NCBI GenBank assembly: GCA_045538875.1 | Contig: JAZQEG010000003.1 | Location: 19-64,018 of the forward strand | DNA length: 64,000 bases | Direction of reading: 5' to 3' | DNA from: Clostridia bacterium | Lineage (GTDB): Bacteria > Bacillota > Clostridia > UMGS1810 | In this document: positions 54,492-62,122 of the stretch, piece by piece | Layout: the number at the start of each line of letters is the position of its first letter | Numbering within the stretch: the first letter of the stretch is position 1 | Position numbers and translations under genes: made by a program | The notes under the pieces: generated by a model | Told to the model about the DNA's origin: nothing | What the model saw: the letters and a program-made list of their open reading frames with translations, nothing else | The model's database searches: none

Positions 54492-55409
54492 ATGAAAACA
54501 GCACTTGTTATTATGGCAGCGGGCATTGGTTCAAGGTTTGGAGGAGGCATAAAGCAGCTTGCTCCCGTAGGCCCAAACGGCGAAATTATTATGGATTACT
54601 CTATCCATGACGCACTCGAAGCAGGCTTTGATAAGGTGGTATTTATTATTCGCCCCGACATTGAAAAGGATTTTAAGCAAATTATCGGCAACAGAATTGA
54701 AAAAATCTGCGAGGTTGAATATGCATATCAGCAGCTTAGCGATATACCCGAGGGGTTTAAAGTGCCCGAAGGCAGAAACAAGCCATGGGGTACAGGTCAG
54801 GCAATTCTTTGCTGCAGGGATGTTGTGTCAGAGCCTTTTGTAATTATTAATGCAGATGACTACTATGGCAAAGAGGCGTTTGTTAAGGTTCACGATTACC
54901 TTGTAAATGCAAAAAATACAGATGTACTCAACTGGTGTATGGCAGGCTTTATTCTCAAAAACACCCTTTCCGAAAACGGCGGTGTATCACGAGGAGTTTG
55001 TGTGGCAGATGCAAATGGAAACCTTACAAACATTAACGAAACACACAACATTGTAATTAAAGACGGTGCCGCTATAGACAACGGCGACGGTACATATACC
55101 AAAATTGACGAAAATAGCCATGTATCGATGAATATGTGGGGCGTAACTCCCGATATTTTTGATATTCTCGAAAAAGGCTTTAAAGAGTTTTTGGCAGGTT
55201 TAACAGAGGCAGATGTCAAAAAAGAATATCTCCTGCCCGACATTTGCGACACGCTTATCAAAACAGGCAAAGCAAAAATCAAGCTGCTCGAAACTGCAGA
55301 CAAATGGTTTGGCGTTACATATGCTGAAGATAAGCAGTATGTTATGGATTCGTTTAAAAAGCTTATTGCAGATGGCGTTTACAAGCAAAAATTGTTTTTA
55401 GATGTATAA
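54492..55409 (+). CDS. Sugar-1-phosphate nucleotidyltransferase (GT-A fold, UTP-sugar-1-P uridylyltransferase-like)
   Basis: Start at MKTALVIMAAGIGSRFGGGIKQL (nucleotide-binding G-x-G-x-R loop) after TAGGAGGA. Also INADDYYG. The upstream 56 codons in the ORF track overlap yaiI. Confidence 0.65.
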   Translation: MKTALVIMAAGIGSRFGGGIKQLAPVGPNGEIIMDYSIHDALEAGFDKVVFIIRPDIEKDFKQIIGNRIEKICEVEYAYQQLSDIPEGFKVPEGRNKPWGTGQAILCCRDVVSEPFVIINADDYYGKEAFVKVHDYLVNAKNTDVLNWCMAGFILKNTLSENGGVSRGVCVADANGNLTNINETHNIVIKDGAAIDNGDGTYTKIDENSHVSMNMWGVTPDIFDILEKGFKEFLAGLTEADVKKEYLLPDICDTLIKTGKAKIKLLETADKWFGVTYAEDKQYVMDSFKKLIADGVYKQKLFLDV

Positions 55410-55451
55410 TACAAAAGCAATACAATAAATTGAAAGGTTAGGAAAACTCAT

Positions 55452-56489
55452 ATGAAAATGACATTTCGATGGTACGGCGAGGGTGATTCTATAACACTTG
55501 ACCATATCAGGCAAATCCCATGTATGACAGGTGTGGTTACAGCTGTATACAGCGTACCTGTAGGCGAGGTTTGGCCACAGGAGGAAATTGACAAATTAAA
55601 GCAAAAAGTAAACTCAAAAGGGCTTGAGATGGAAGTAATAGAGTCGGTGCCTGTGCATGAGGATATTAAGCTTGGTCAGGGTAATTACGAGCAGTATATA
55701 GAAAACTACAAGGAAAATATACGCAGGCTTGCAAAAGCAGGAGTAAAATGCATTTGCTACAACTTTATGCCGGTGTTTGACTGGACACGCTCACGCTTAG
55801 ACCAACCGCTTGATGATGGCTCAAATGCACTTGTTTATTACAAGCAGGATGTAGACAAAATGGACCCCACAAAAATGACTCTTCCAGGTTGGGATGCATC
55901 ATATACACCTGACGAAATGGCAGGCCTTATTGAAAAATACAAGCTTATTGGTGAAGAGGGTCTTTGGGCAAATCTTGAACACTTTATTAAAGAGATAATC
56001 CCTGTAGCTATAGAGTGCGATGTTAACATGGCAATACATCCGGATGATCCGCCATGGCCAATTTTTGGCATACCAAGAATTATTACAAATGAAAAAAACA
56101 TTGACAGATTTTTATCCCTTTATGATGATGTACATCACGGACTTACTCTTTGCAGCGGCTCGCTTGGTTGTGCAAGCTTTAACGACTATACCCAAATGGT
56201 AAAAAAATATGGTGCAATGGGAAGAATTCACTTTGCACATGTACGAAACATCAAAATACTGCCCGACGGCTCTTTTGAAGAAAGCGGTCATTTAAGCAAA
56301 TGCGGCTCTCTTGATGTTGTACAAATTCTTAAAGCATACCACGATTGCGGCTTTAAGGGGTATTTGCGCCCCGACCACGGCAGAATGATTTGGGGCGAAA
56401 CGGGCAAGCCCGGCTACGGCCTTTATGACAGAGCTCTTGGAGCTATGTATATGGCAGGTATTTGGGAAACACTGGAAAAAAGCAAGTAA
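55452..56489 (+). CDS. uxuA: Mannonate dehydratase
   Basis: 345 aa. MTFRWYGEGD, VESVPVHEDIK, CYNFMPVFDWTRS, HPDDPPWPIFG and RPDHG match UxuA. Confidence 0.9.
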   Translation: MKMTFRWYGEGDSITLDHIRQIPCMTGVVTAVYSVPVGEVWPQEEIDKLKQKVNSKGLEMEVIESVPVHEDIKLGQGNYEQYIENYKENIRRLAKAGVKCICYNFMPVFDWTRSRLDQPLDDGSNALVYYKQDVDKMDPTKMTLPGWDASYTPDEMAGLIEKYKLIGEEGLWANLEHFIKEIIPVAIECDVNMAIHPDDPPWPIFGIPRIITNEKNIDRFLSLYDDVHHGLTLCSGSLGCASFNDYTQMVKKYGAMGRIHFAHVRNIKILPDGSFEESGHLSKCGSLDVVQILKAYHDCGFKGYLRPDHGRMIWGETGKPGYGLYDRALGAMYMAGIWETLEKSK

Positions 56490-56512
56490 TGTTTTTGAAA
56501 GGATAATAACTT

Positions 56513-57364
56513 ATGAATTTACCATTAAATATAGACTTAAGCGGCAAGGTTGCCGTAGTAACAGGAGGAGGCGGAGTGCTTTGCTCATCCTTTGCAAAAG
56601 CAATTGCGGCATCTAATGCAAAGGTTGCAGTGCTCGACCTTAACGAACAAGCTGCAAAAACAATTGCAGACCAAATCAACAATGACGGCGGTTGTGCCAT
56701 AGGCATTTCTGCAAATGTTTTAGATAAAAATAGCCTTGAAAACGCAAAAAAAATAATCAACGATACCTTTGGTAAGGTAGATATTTTAATCAATGGTGCA
56801 GGCGGCAATAATCCAAAAGGCTCCACCACAAAAGATTATTTCAACCCTGCAGACCTTGACGACCCCGATGTAAAAACCTTTTTTGACCTTGACCCTGATG
56901 GTGTTGGCTTTGTGTTTAACCTTAACTTCTTAGGCACACTGCTTCCAACACAGGTTTTTGCAATGGACCTGAAAGACCAAAAGGATGCTGTAATTATAAA
57001 TATATCTTCAATGAATGCATTTACACCTTTAACCCGAATACCCGCATACAGCGGTGCAAAGGCTGCAATTTCAAACTTTACACAGTGGCTGGCTGTACAT
57101 TTTTCAAAGGTTGGTATCAGAGTAAATGCAATTGCACCAGGCTTTTTTGCAACAGAGCAAAACAGAGCACTGCTTTTTGATAAAAACGGCAATTACAGTG
57201 AACGGTCCAAAAAGATACTTTCGCAGACTCCAATGGACCGCTTTGGCGAGCCAGACGAGCTGCTCGGTACACTTTTGTGGCTGCTTGAGCCAAAAGCATC
57301 AGGCTTTGTAAATGGTGTTGTAGTGCCAGTTGACGGAGGCTTTTCTGCATACAGCGGTGTTTGA
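56513..57364 (+). CDS. SDR-family oxidoreductase, probable D-mannonate oxidoreductase (Gram-positive UxuB type)
   Basis: 283 aa. TGGGGVLCS and catalytic YSGAKAA. It sits immediately downstream of uxuA. Confidence 0.65.
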   Translation: MNLPLNIDLSGKVAVVTGGGGVLCSSFAKAIAASNAKVAVLDLNEQAAKTIADQINNDGGCAIGISANVLDKNSLENAKKIINDTFGKVDILINGAGGNNPKGSTTKDYFNPADLDDPDVKTFFDLDPDGVGFVFNLNFLGTLLPTQVFAMDLKDQKDAVIINISSMNAFTPLTRIPAYSGAKAAISNFTQWLAVHFSKVGIRVNAIAPGFFATEQNRALLFDKNGNYSERSKKILSQTPMDRFGEPDELLGTLLWLLEPKASGFVNGVVVPVDGGFSAYSGV

Positions 57365-57388
57365 TTTTGTAAAATCACAGTAAATTTA

Positions 57389-57430
57389 ACAACCCCACAT
57401 TCTTAAGTTTAAGAGTGTGGGGTTGCGTTT
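57389..57430. terminator. Long hairpin terminator between convergent uxuB-like and lipoprotein genes
   Basis: AACCCCACA(TTCTTA)-AGTT-(TAAGAG)TGTGGGGTT. The T-run is modest. Confidence 0.6.
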
Positions 57431-57454
57431 ATAAAAAACTAATATTTATGATGT

Positions 57455-57519
57455 ATAAATTAAATATACCGCTTAGCGTGGGAGATAAAGCAGATGTTAA
57501 CACGCTAAATATGCGGTAT
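57455..57519 (-). terminator. Candidate terminator hairpin after the lipoprotein gene
   Basis: Minus strand: ATACCGCATATTTAGCGTG...CACGCTAAGCGGTAT followed by ATTTAATTTA. Confidence 0.4.
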
Positions 57520-57526
57520 TGCCGCT

Positions 57527-57856
57527 TTATTGGTTTGCTTGTGCCTGCTCAAATATAGCCTCAAGCTTAAGCCTTGCCTCTTCCTTTTGTTGCTCCGAAG
57601 CGGTTTCGCTGTTAAATGTTTCAATCAATTTGTTAAGGTCGTTGCCTGTAACCTCCAAAACATCTGTTTCATTAACTTCGTCTTTATTGTCTTTGTCGTT
57701 TTGAGCATCGTTATCTTGCTGTTCTTGTTTTTTTTGTTGCTGTTGCTGCTCCTGCTGCTGTGTCTGCATATCGCCGGTGTCAGTATTGTCATTTTTGCCA
57801 CATCCTGCAACAAATATAAGCGATACAGCAAGTATAGCAATAAGTAATTTTTTCAT
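57527..57856 (-). CDS. Small lipoprotein with a Q/E/D-rich low-complexity region
   Basis: MKKLLIAILAVSLIFVAGC has a lipobox (VAGC). RBS GAGAGGTG. It lies 63 nt downstream of the terminase gene. Confidence 0.75.
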   Translation of the reverse strand: MKKLLIAILAVSLIFVAGCGKNDNTDTGDMQTQQQEQQQQQKKQEQQDNDAQNDKDNKDEVNETDVLEVTGNDLNKLIETFNSETASEQQKEEARLKLEAIFEQAQANQ

Positions 57857-57919
57857 CAAAATGCACCTCTCATTAGTAAAATACGTACTAATTATATAAT
57901 TATTAATCAATTTTGTCAA

Positions 57920-59377
57920 TCACATTGAATAAAAGTTATATCTAGGCAATTTTTGTGGTGCATCCGAAAGAGGGTTTTCGGCTATATCCTTTGCAAGAAC
58001 ATTTTTTCGCGGAGTAATGGGGTTTTCCATCAGTACATATCGCACACAGTCATAAATGTGATCTTCCGATTGTGTGTCAATATCCTCCACATTTGTACTG
58101 TCGTATACAAGGGCAGGGATGGTGCGTATAAAATGCTTGCAGGTGTTAAACACATACATCATTGGTATGCCTCTGCTATCAAAAGCAAAACGGTAGTGAT
58201 ACTGCATTTTGCCGGGCAGTCTTTCGTGGTCGCCCATATTAAAAAACACACCTTCCCTTGCCATCATATCTTCAATTGATTGTCCCGTTTCGGCTTTGGC
58301 AATTGCAGGGTCGGCAATTCCGTATATTTTTTTGCCTTTAAGGTTTGGATGCTCATTTTCCATTTGTTTTATTTTGCCTGCAATTTCCTGAGGGGTGTAA
58401 CGCACGCCCTCGTCTGCATTTTGTGTGCAGCCGTAAAGCTCTGCAATAACATAAACTCTGCCGTCGTGGTCTACGGCAATCCATTCTACTGCAAAGGGCT
58501 TTGAGTATCCAAAGTCAAAGCCGCGGTATATTTTCCATTCTTTTGGTATTGCAAAAGGCTCTATAACATGAGTAAACTGCCTGTCCATATAGTGATTAGG
58601 GTCGTTTTTCCATTCCGAAAACACCTGTCCGCAAAAGCTGTCCCAGTCGCCGTAAAGCAGAGCATTTCGCTCTTTTTCGGGCAGCATGGAGAGGTTTGCA
58701 AGGTAGTTTGGGTCGTTGCGAAGCAATTCCTTGTTGTCAAAAACGGTAGACGGAACAAAAATACGGTTTCGTGTGACAGAAAGCACATTGCCGTCGGGAC
58801 CTGCAATATTCATTTTGGTTGTGATGGGGGTAAGGGGCGGAGCGGCTGTTATAAACCGCTCCTTTACCCACGCATGGCCTATGCCGCCGGGGTTTGTTGT
58901 GGCACGGATATACACCCTTGTACCGCTGCCCGAGGGGCGATTACGCGAAAACATATACGAATACTCGTCCCAGGTAAAATGAGTAAGCTCGTCAAACGCA
59001 ATAAAATCGTATCGCTTTCCCTGATAGTTTATGCGGTCTTTTGTGTGCTGCATTGCACCAAAATATATTTTTGCTCCGCTTGGGAAAAGCCAAAAATGCT
59101 TGCTGTCGTTGTATTTTGCTTTTGGGTAAGCACGGGAATATAAATCACGGCTTCTGTCTATAAGCTCCGATAGCTGCGGATATGTTTTTCTAAGTATAAG
59201 GCCGCGGTAGTGGGGGATGTGCACCTGTCGGAGTGCCTCGGTGAGCAGTGCGTCTGACTTGCCGCCTCCTGCTGCTCCGCCGTATAGTGCCTCATATTCC
59301 CCCCGCGACTGAAATATTGCCTGCTTATGCTGAGGTGTCCATATCGTTTTCGTACCCGTCTTGTGTGTTGTCCTCAT
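57920..59377 (-). CDS. terL: Phage terminase large subunit
   Basis: Start at the ATG (MRTTHKTG) with GGAGGG 5 nt upstream. Walker A YGGAAGGGKSDAL, Walker B YDFIAFDELTHF, and nuclease-domain acidic motifs (GFDFGYSKPFAVEW, EDHIYDCVRYVL). Confidence 0.88.
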   Translation of the reverse strand: MRTTHKTGTKTIWTPQHKQAIFQSRGEYEALYGGAAGGGKSDALLTEALRQVHIPHYRGLILRKTYPQLSELIDRSRDLYSRAYPKAKYNDSKHFWLFPSGAKIYFGAMQHTKDRINYQGKRYDFIAFDELTHFTWDEYSYMFSRNRPSGSGTRVYIRATTNPGGIGHAWVKERFITAAPPLTPITTKMNIAGPDGNVLSVTRNRIFVPSTVFDNKELLRNDPNYLANLSMLPEKERNALLYGDWDSFCGQVFSEWKNDPNHYMDRQFTHVIEPFAIPKEWKIYRGFDFGYSKPFAVEWIAVDHDGRVYVIAELYGCTQNADEGVRYTPQEIAGKIKQMENEHPNLKGKKIYGIADPAIAKAETGQSIEDMMAREGVFFNMGDHERLPGKMQYHYRFAFDSRGIPMMYVFNTCKHFIRTIPALVYDSTNVEDIDTQSEDHIYDCVRYVLMENPITPRKNVLAKDIAENPLSDAPQKLPRYNFYSM

Positions 59378-59741
59378 TAGTGCCCTCCAATGTATCCTCA
59401 TCAATGTCACCTATAACAATAATGCCGCACTCGTCGTCATCATTTTCGGTGTCGCTGCCCGTAAAGCTCATATGTATGTCTTTAATGTCCTTAAGGGTGG
59501 ACACAAGCTGTTTGAGCCCCATTTTGTCAATCATACCGTCAATTATTTCGATGTTTTCTTTTTCTTCAATACATTCGCTGACGGGTTTTTTCAGATCAAA
59601 GTCGTATTCTACATTTTTGGTACGTTCTTTTGTTTTAATAACGCACCTGTCAATTTCTTCAATAGATTTTTCTATTTTTTCGAGTAACCTGTCGCTTATT
59701 TGTAAAATACGCTCCTCTCTGGATTCTGGTATGTTATTCAT
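59325..59741 (-). CDS. Acidic 138-aa protein immediately upstream of TerL (small terminase subunit by position only)
   Basis: The ATG at 59741 overlaps the upstream stop by 8 nt (ATGAATAA). The 3' end overlaps terL by 53 nt. The C-terminal third is D/E-rich. Confidence 0.5.
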   Translation of the reverse strand: MNNIPESREERILQISDRLLEKIEKSIEEIDRCVIKTKERTKNVEYDFDLKKPVSECIEEKENIEIIDGMIDKMGLKQLVSTLKDIKDIHMSFTGSDTENDDDECGIIVIGDIDEDTLEGTNEDNTQDGYENDMDTSA

Positions 59742-60015
59742 TAAGCTCCGCGGCACCCGATTTAGCAGACAATTCCATCTGATACTGAGCACTTTCGCCA
59801 TCCTGAATTTGTGAGTTGTCAAGTGCAATTGCATATTTGCGCGGTATTTTTACCTCTTTGCCTCGAGGTACAATCATCCCAACTCCGTTTACACCAACAA
59901 ACACATCATCTTTATACCTGTCGTTGTCTTTAAAAAGCTTTACTGTAACAAGCTCGTTGTAGTATGCGTTTTCCTGCGCAATAGTTTCAAATTTTTTTGT
60001 TTTAGCCTTAGCCAT
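59734..60015 (-). CDS. Hypothetical 93-aa phage-block protein
   Basis: RBS AGGAGGAA upstream. It follows the capsid gene. No motif assigned. Confidence 0.55.
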   Translation of the reverse strand: MAKAKTKKFETIAQENAYYNELVTVKLFKDNDRYKDDVFVGVNGVGMIVPRGKEVKIPRKYAIALDNSQIQDGESAQYQMELSAKSGAAELNE

Positions 60016-60044
60016 AATTTAATTCCTCCTGATAATAAATTTAA

Positions 60045-60995
60045 TTAAGCACCAAAAGTGGATGCACTTTCAATTCTGATCATATAGTTTTCAACAAGTC
60101 TCTCTGCGCATTTTACAGCTTTCCAGCCTGCAGTTGCTCTCTGGTTGAGCGGGTCTGCAGTTCCGCCTGAGCCAAGCTGCTTAACTATTGTTTTAAGTCC
60201 ACCGCCTGTAACCTCTGTTACACCATAGGCATTTGCACCAAGCACGAGTGTTGAATATACAGGTGTGTCGCCCTCAAATATTTTTGCTTCGGTAGTTTCT
60301 ACAAATCTCACGCCGCCGATTTTGCCGATTTCGCCTTCAAAAAGCTCGGTTGTTGCAGCGTATTTGTGAGCTTCAATCCACTCCTCGTCTCTCATAAGGT
60401 CATATGCAACATCGGGGTGGATAATTGCAACATATGAGCCGTCAATTTTTGGTGCATTTTGAGTTTTGAGGAACCTTGCAGCCTTGTAAATATCGTCAAC
60501 TGTAAGCTTGCAGTCTGCAGTAACAGAGCTTCTGGCACTTACACCGCCCGAGTACATTACATTTGTACCGCCGTTTAAAACTTCTCTTGTAATTGTGTCA
60601 AGAGTGCTGCCCGCCTGGTTACCCAAAAGCTTTGTAGTTTCTACAAGAGTATTGTCAACGCTTGTGAGCATAAGCAAGTCCGAAAGAGTTACATAGTAAC
60701 CATACTCGGCAACTGATGATGTAAGGCTTGTAACAGAGAGTGTGCCGCCGCTTGGTGTAACACCTTCGGTAAGAGCAGTTGTTGCTTTGTCAAATGGCAC
60801 AAATCTGCGGAAGTTAATTGTTTTGCCTCCGTTTTTTGGAATGTTGTGCTTCTGACCAAACTGGTCGTGCACAAGGTTCGGCTTTGCGTTGTCAATAAGG
60901 TAATCGCTGTAATAGGTTTTCATTTCTGCCGAAAGAGTTGTGGTTGTGTTTGGATTTGCATCAAACAATGTAAGGTTAAGTTCAAAATTTTTCAT
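60045..60995 (-). CDS. Major capsid protein, N4-gp56 family (HK97 fold)
   Basis: 316 aa. The segments VHDQFGQKHNIPKNGGKTINFRRF, LTEGVTPSG, GNQAGSTLDTITREVLNGGTNV and HPDVAYDL are, as I recall, characteristic of the N4-gp56 MCP family. Confidence 0.8.
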   Translation of the reverse strand: MKNFELNLTLFDANPNTTTTLSAEMKTYYSDYLIDNAKPNLVHDQFGQKHNIPKNGGKTINFRRFVPFDKATTALTEGVTPSGGTLSVTSLTSSVAEYGYYVTLSDLLMLTSVDNTLVETTKLLGNQAGSTLDTITREVLNGGTNVMYSGGVSARSSVTADCKLTVDDIYKAARFLKTQNAPKIDGSYVAIIHPDVAYDLMRDEEWIEAHKYAATTELFEGEIGKIGGVRFVETTEAKIFEGDTPVYSTLVLGANAYGVTEVTGGGLKTIVKQLGSGGTADPLNQRATAGWKAVKCAERLVENYMIRIESASTFGA

Positions 60996-61013
60996 ATAAT
61001 ATCTCCTTTTTAA

Positions 61014-61811
61014 TTAAAATGTAATTGTTTCGCCCATTGCTACGCGCTTTGCAATTTGTGCACGCTGCTCGGGAGTGAGCTTAGACACATCTGTTTTAAC
61101 AAGGGCAGAGCTTTGTGCCGAAAGGCCGTTTTCTACAGGGCGGTTTGCTACAGAGAGCATACGCTCGGCAGTTTGCTTTTCGGCATCCATAGCACTTTTA
61201 TTTTTTATTGCTTCAATAATGTCTGCATGGTGTACAACTTCATATGCGGTTTTCATATCAACACCATTTCGGAGCAGTTCAATAAATTTTGCATTTGCAA
61301 TTTCTGCACTGATGTCAAAATCGGGGTATTCTTTTGCTATTTGTTCCGATTCGGCATACCATTTTTTAACCTGCTGGTCAATTTTGTCATTTTGAGCTTT
61401 TTGCTGCTCAAGTGCTTTGTAATACTCATTTTCTTTTTCAAGGTTTTTAATGTATCTGTAATTGTGTACATCCATACCCTTTTCTTTGGCGTTGTCAATA
61501 ATAAGTGCATCATCATCGGCAACCTTTTTGGTAAGTGCTTCAAGGTCGTTTTTATCTACCTTGTATCTGTCAGCCAATACTTCAACAATTTGTTCAAGTT
61601 TAGCGAGCTTGCCTTTAAGCACTTCATTTCCCTTTAATCTTTTAGAAATAATTTCCTTAACTTTTGCTGTGTACAAGTCTTTATACTCGCCTTTGATAAG
61701 TGCATCAAACTCAGCTTTTTTGTCTGTCTTTTGTTTTTCGACAGTGTTGTTTTCGGGATTTGCGACTTTTTCTTTTTCGTCAAACAAATCGAGTTTAAAA
61801 TTGTTTTTCAT
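61014..61811 (-). CDS. Phage scaffolding-like protein
   Basis: Start at MKNNFKLDLFDEKEK after AAGGAG. 265 aa, K/E-rich coiled coil, directly upstream of the MCP gene. The ORF-track N-terminal extension runs into the GC-rich leader. Confidence 0.65.
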   Translation of the reverse strand: MKNNFKLDLFDEKEKVANPENNTVEKQKTDKKAEFDALIKGEYKDLYTAKVKEIISKRLKGNEVLKGKLAKLEQIVEVLADRYKVDKNDLEALTKKVADDDALIIDNAKEKGMDVHNYRYIKNLEKENEYYKALEQQKAQNDKIDQQVKKWYAESEQIAKEYPDFDISAEIANAKFIELLRNGVDMKTAYEVVHHADIIEAIKNKSAMDAEKQTAERMLSVANRPVENGLSAQSSALVKTDVSKLTPEQRAQIAKRVAMGETITF

Positions 61812-61852
61812 TTTTGTTTTTCTCCTTTTTTGATTTTCAAAAATTATTAAAT

Positions 61853-61930
61853 CGGGTGTGCATACGCACTCCCCTGCCGGCGTCAAGCGGTCTTTCCCGC
61901 GGGTCAGGTGCGATGAGCTCTTGTCGCGAC
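61853..61930 (-). other. GC-rich structured 5' leader upstream of the scaffold gene (candidate cis-regulatory RNA)
   Basis: About 78 nt of much higher GC than the AT-rich surroundings. On the minus strand it begins just after a TATAAT box. It contains the palindrome GTCGCGAC and the hairpin GGG.GTGC-GTAT-GCAC.CCC followed by a U-rich tract. Confidence 0.4.
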
Positions 61931-62048
61931 CTAATATCATTATAAATAATTGGTGGCACCTATTTCGCCAACTGAAATTGCAAAAAATGAAAATTTTTTA
62001 AAATTATTTAAAAATTGTTACCATTGTGTAAAAAAACTTCCATATTAA

Positions 62049-62077
62049 TTGAATTTGATTTTGATTTCTGATATAAT
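62049..62077 (+). promoter_or_regulatory. Sigma-A-type promoter for the glycosidase gene
   Basis: TTGAAT, 17-nt spacer, TATAAT. Confidence 0.6.
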
Positions 62078-62122
62078 TATCAAGTTGATAAATATAAATA
62101 AATTATGGATGGTTATAATAAA

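Larger units (their letters stand above)
57920..61811 (-). mobile_element. Phage-derived head and packaging gene block A (scaffold, MCP, two small ORFs, TerL)
   Basis: Recognisable capsid and terminase families with overlapping reading frames. No portal, protease, tail, lysis, integrase or repressor gene is adjacent. Confidence 0.75.
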
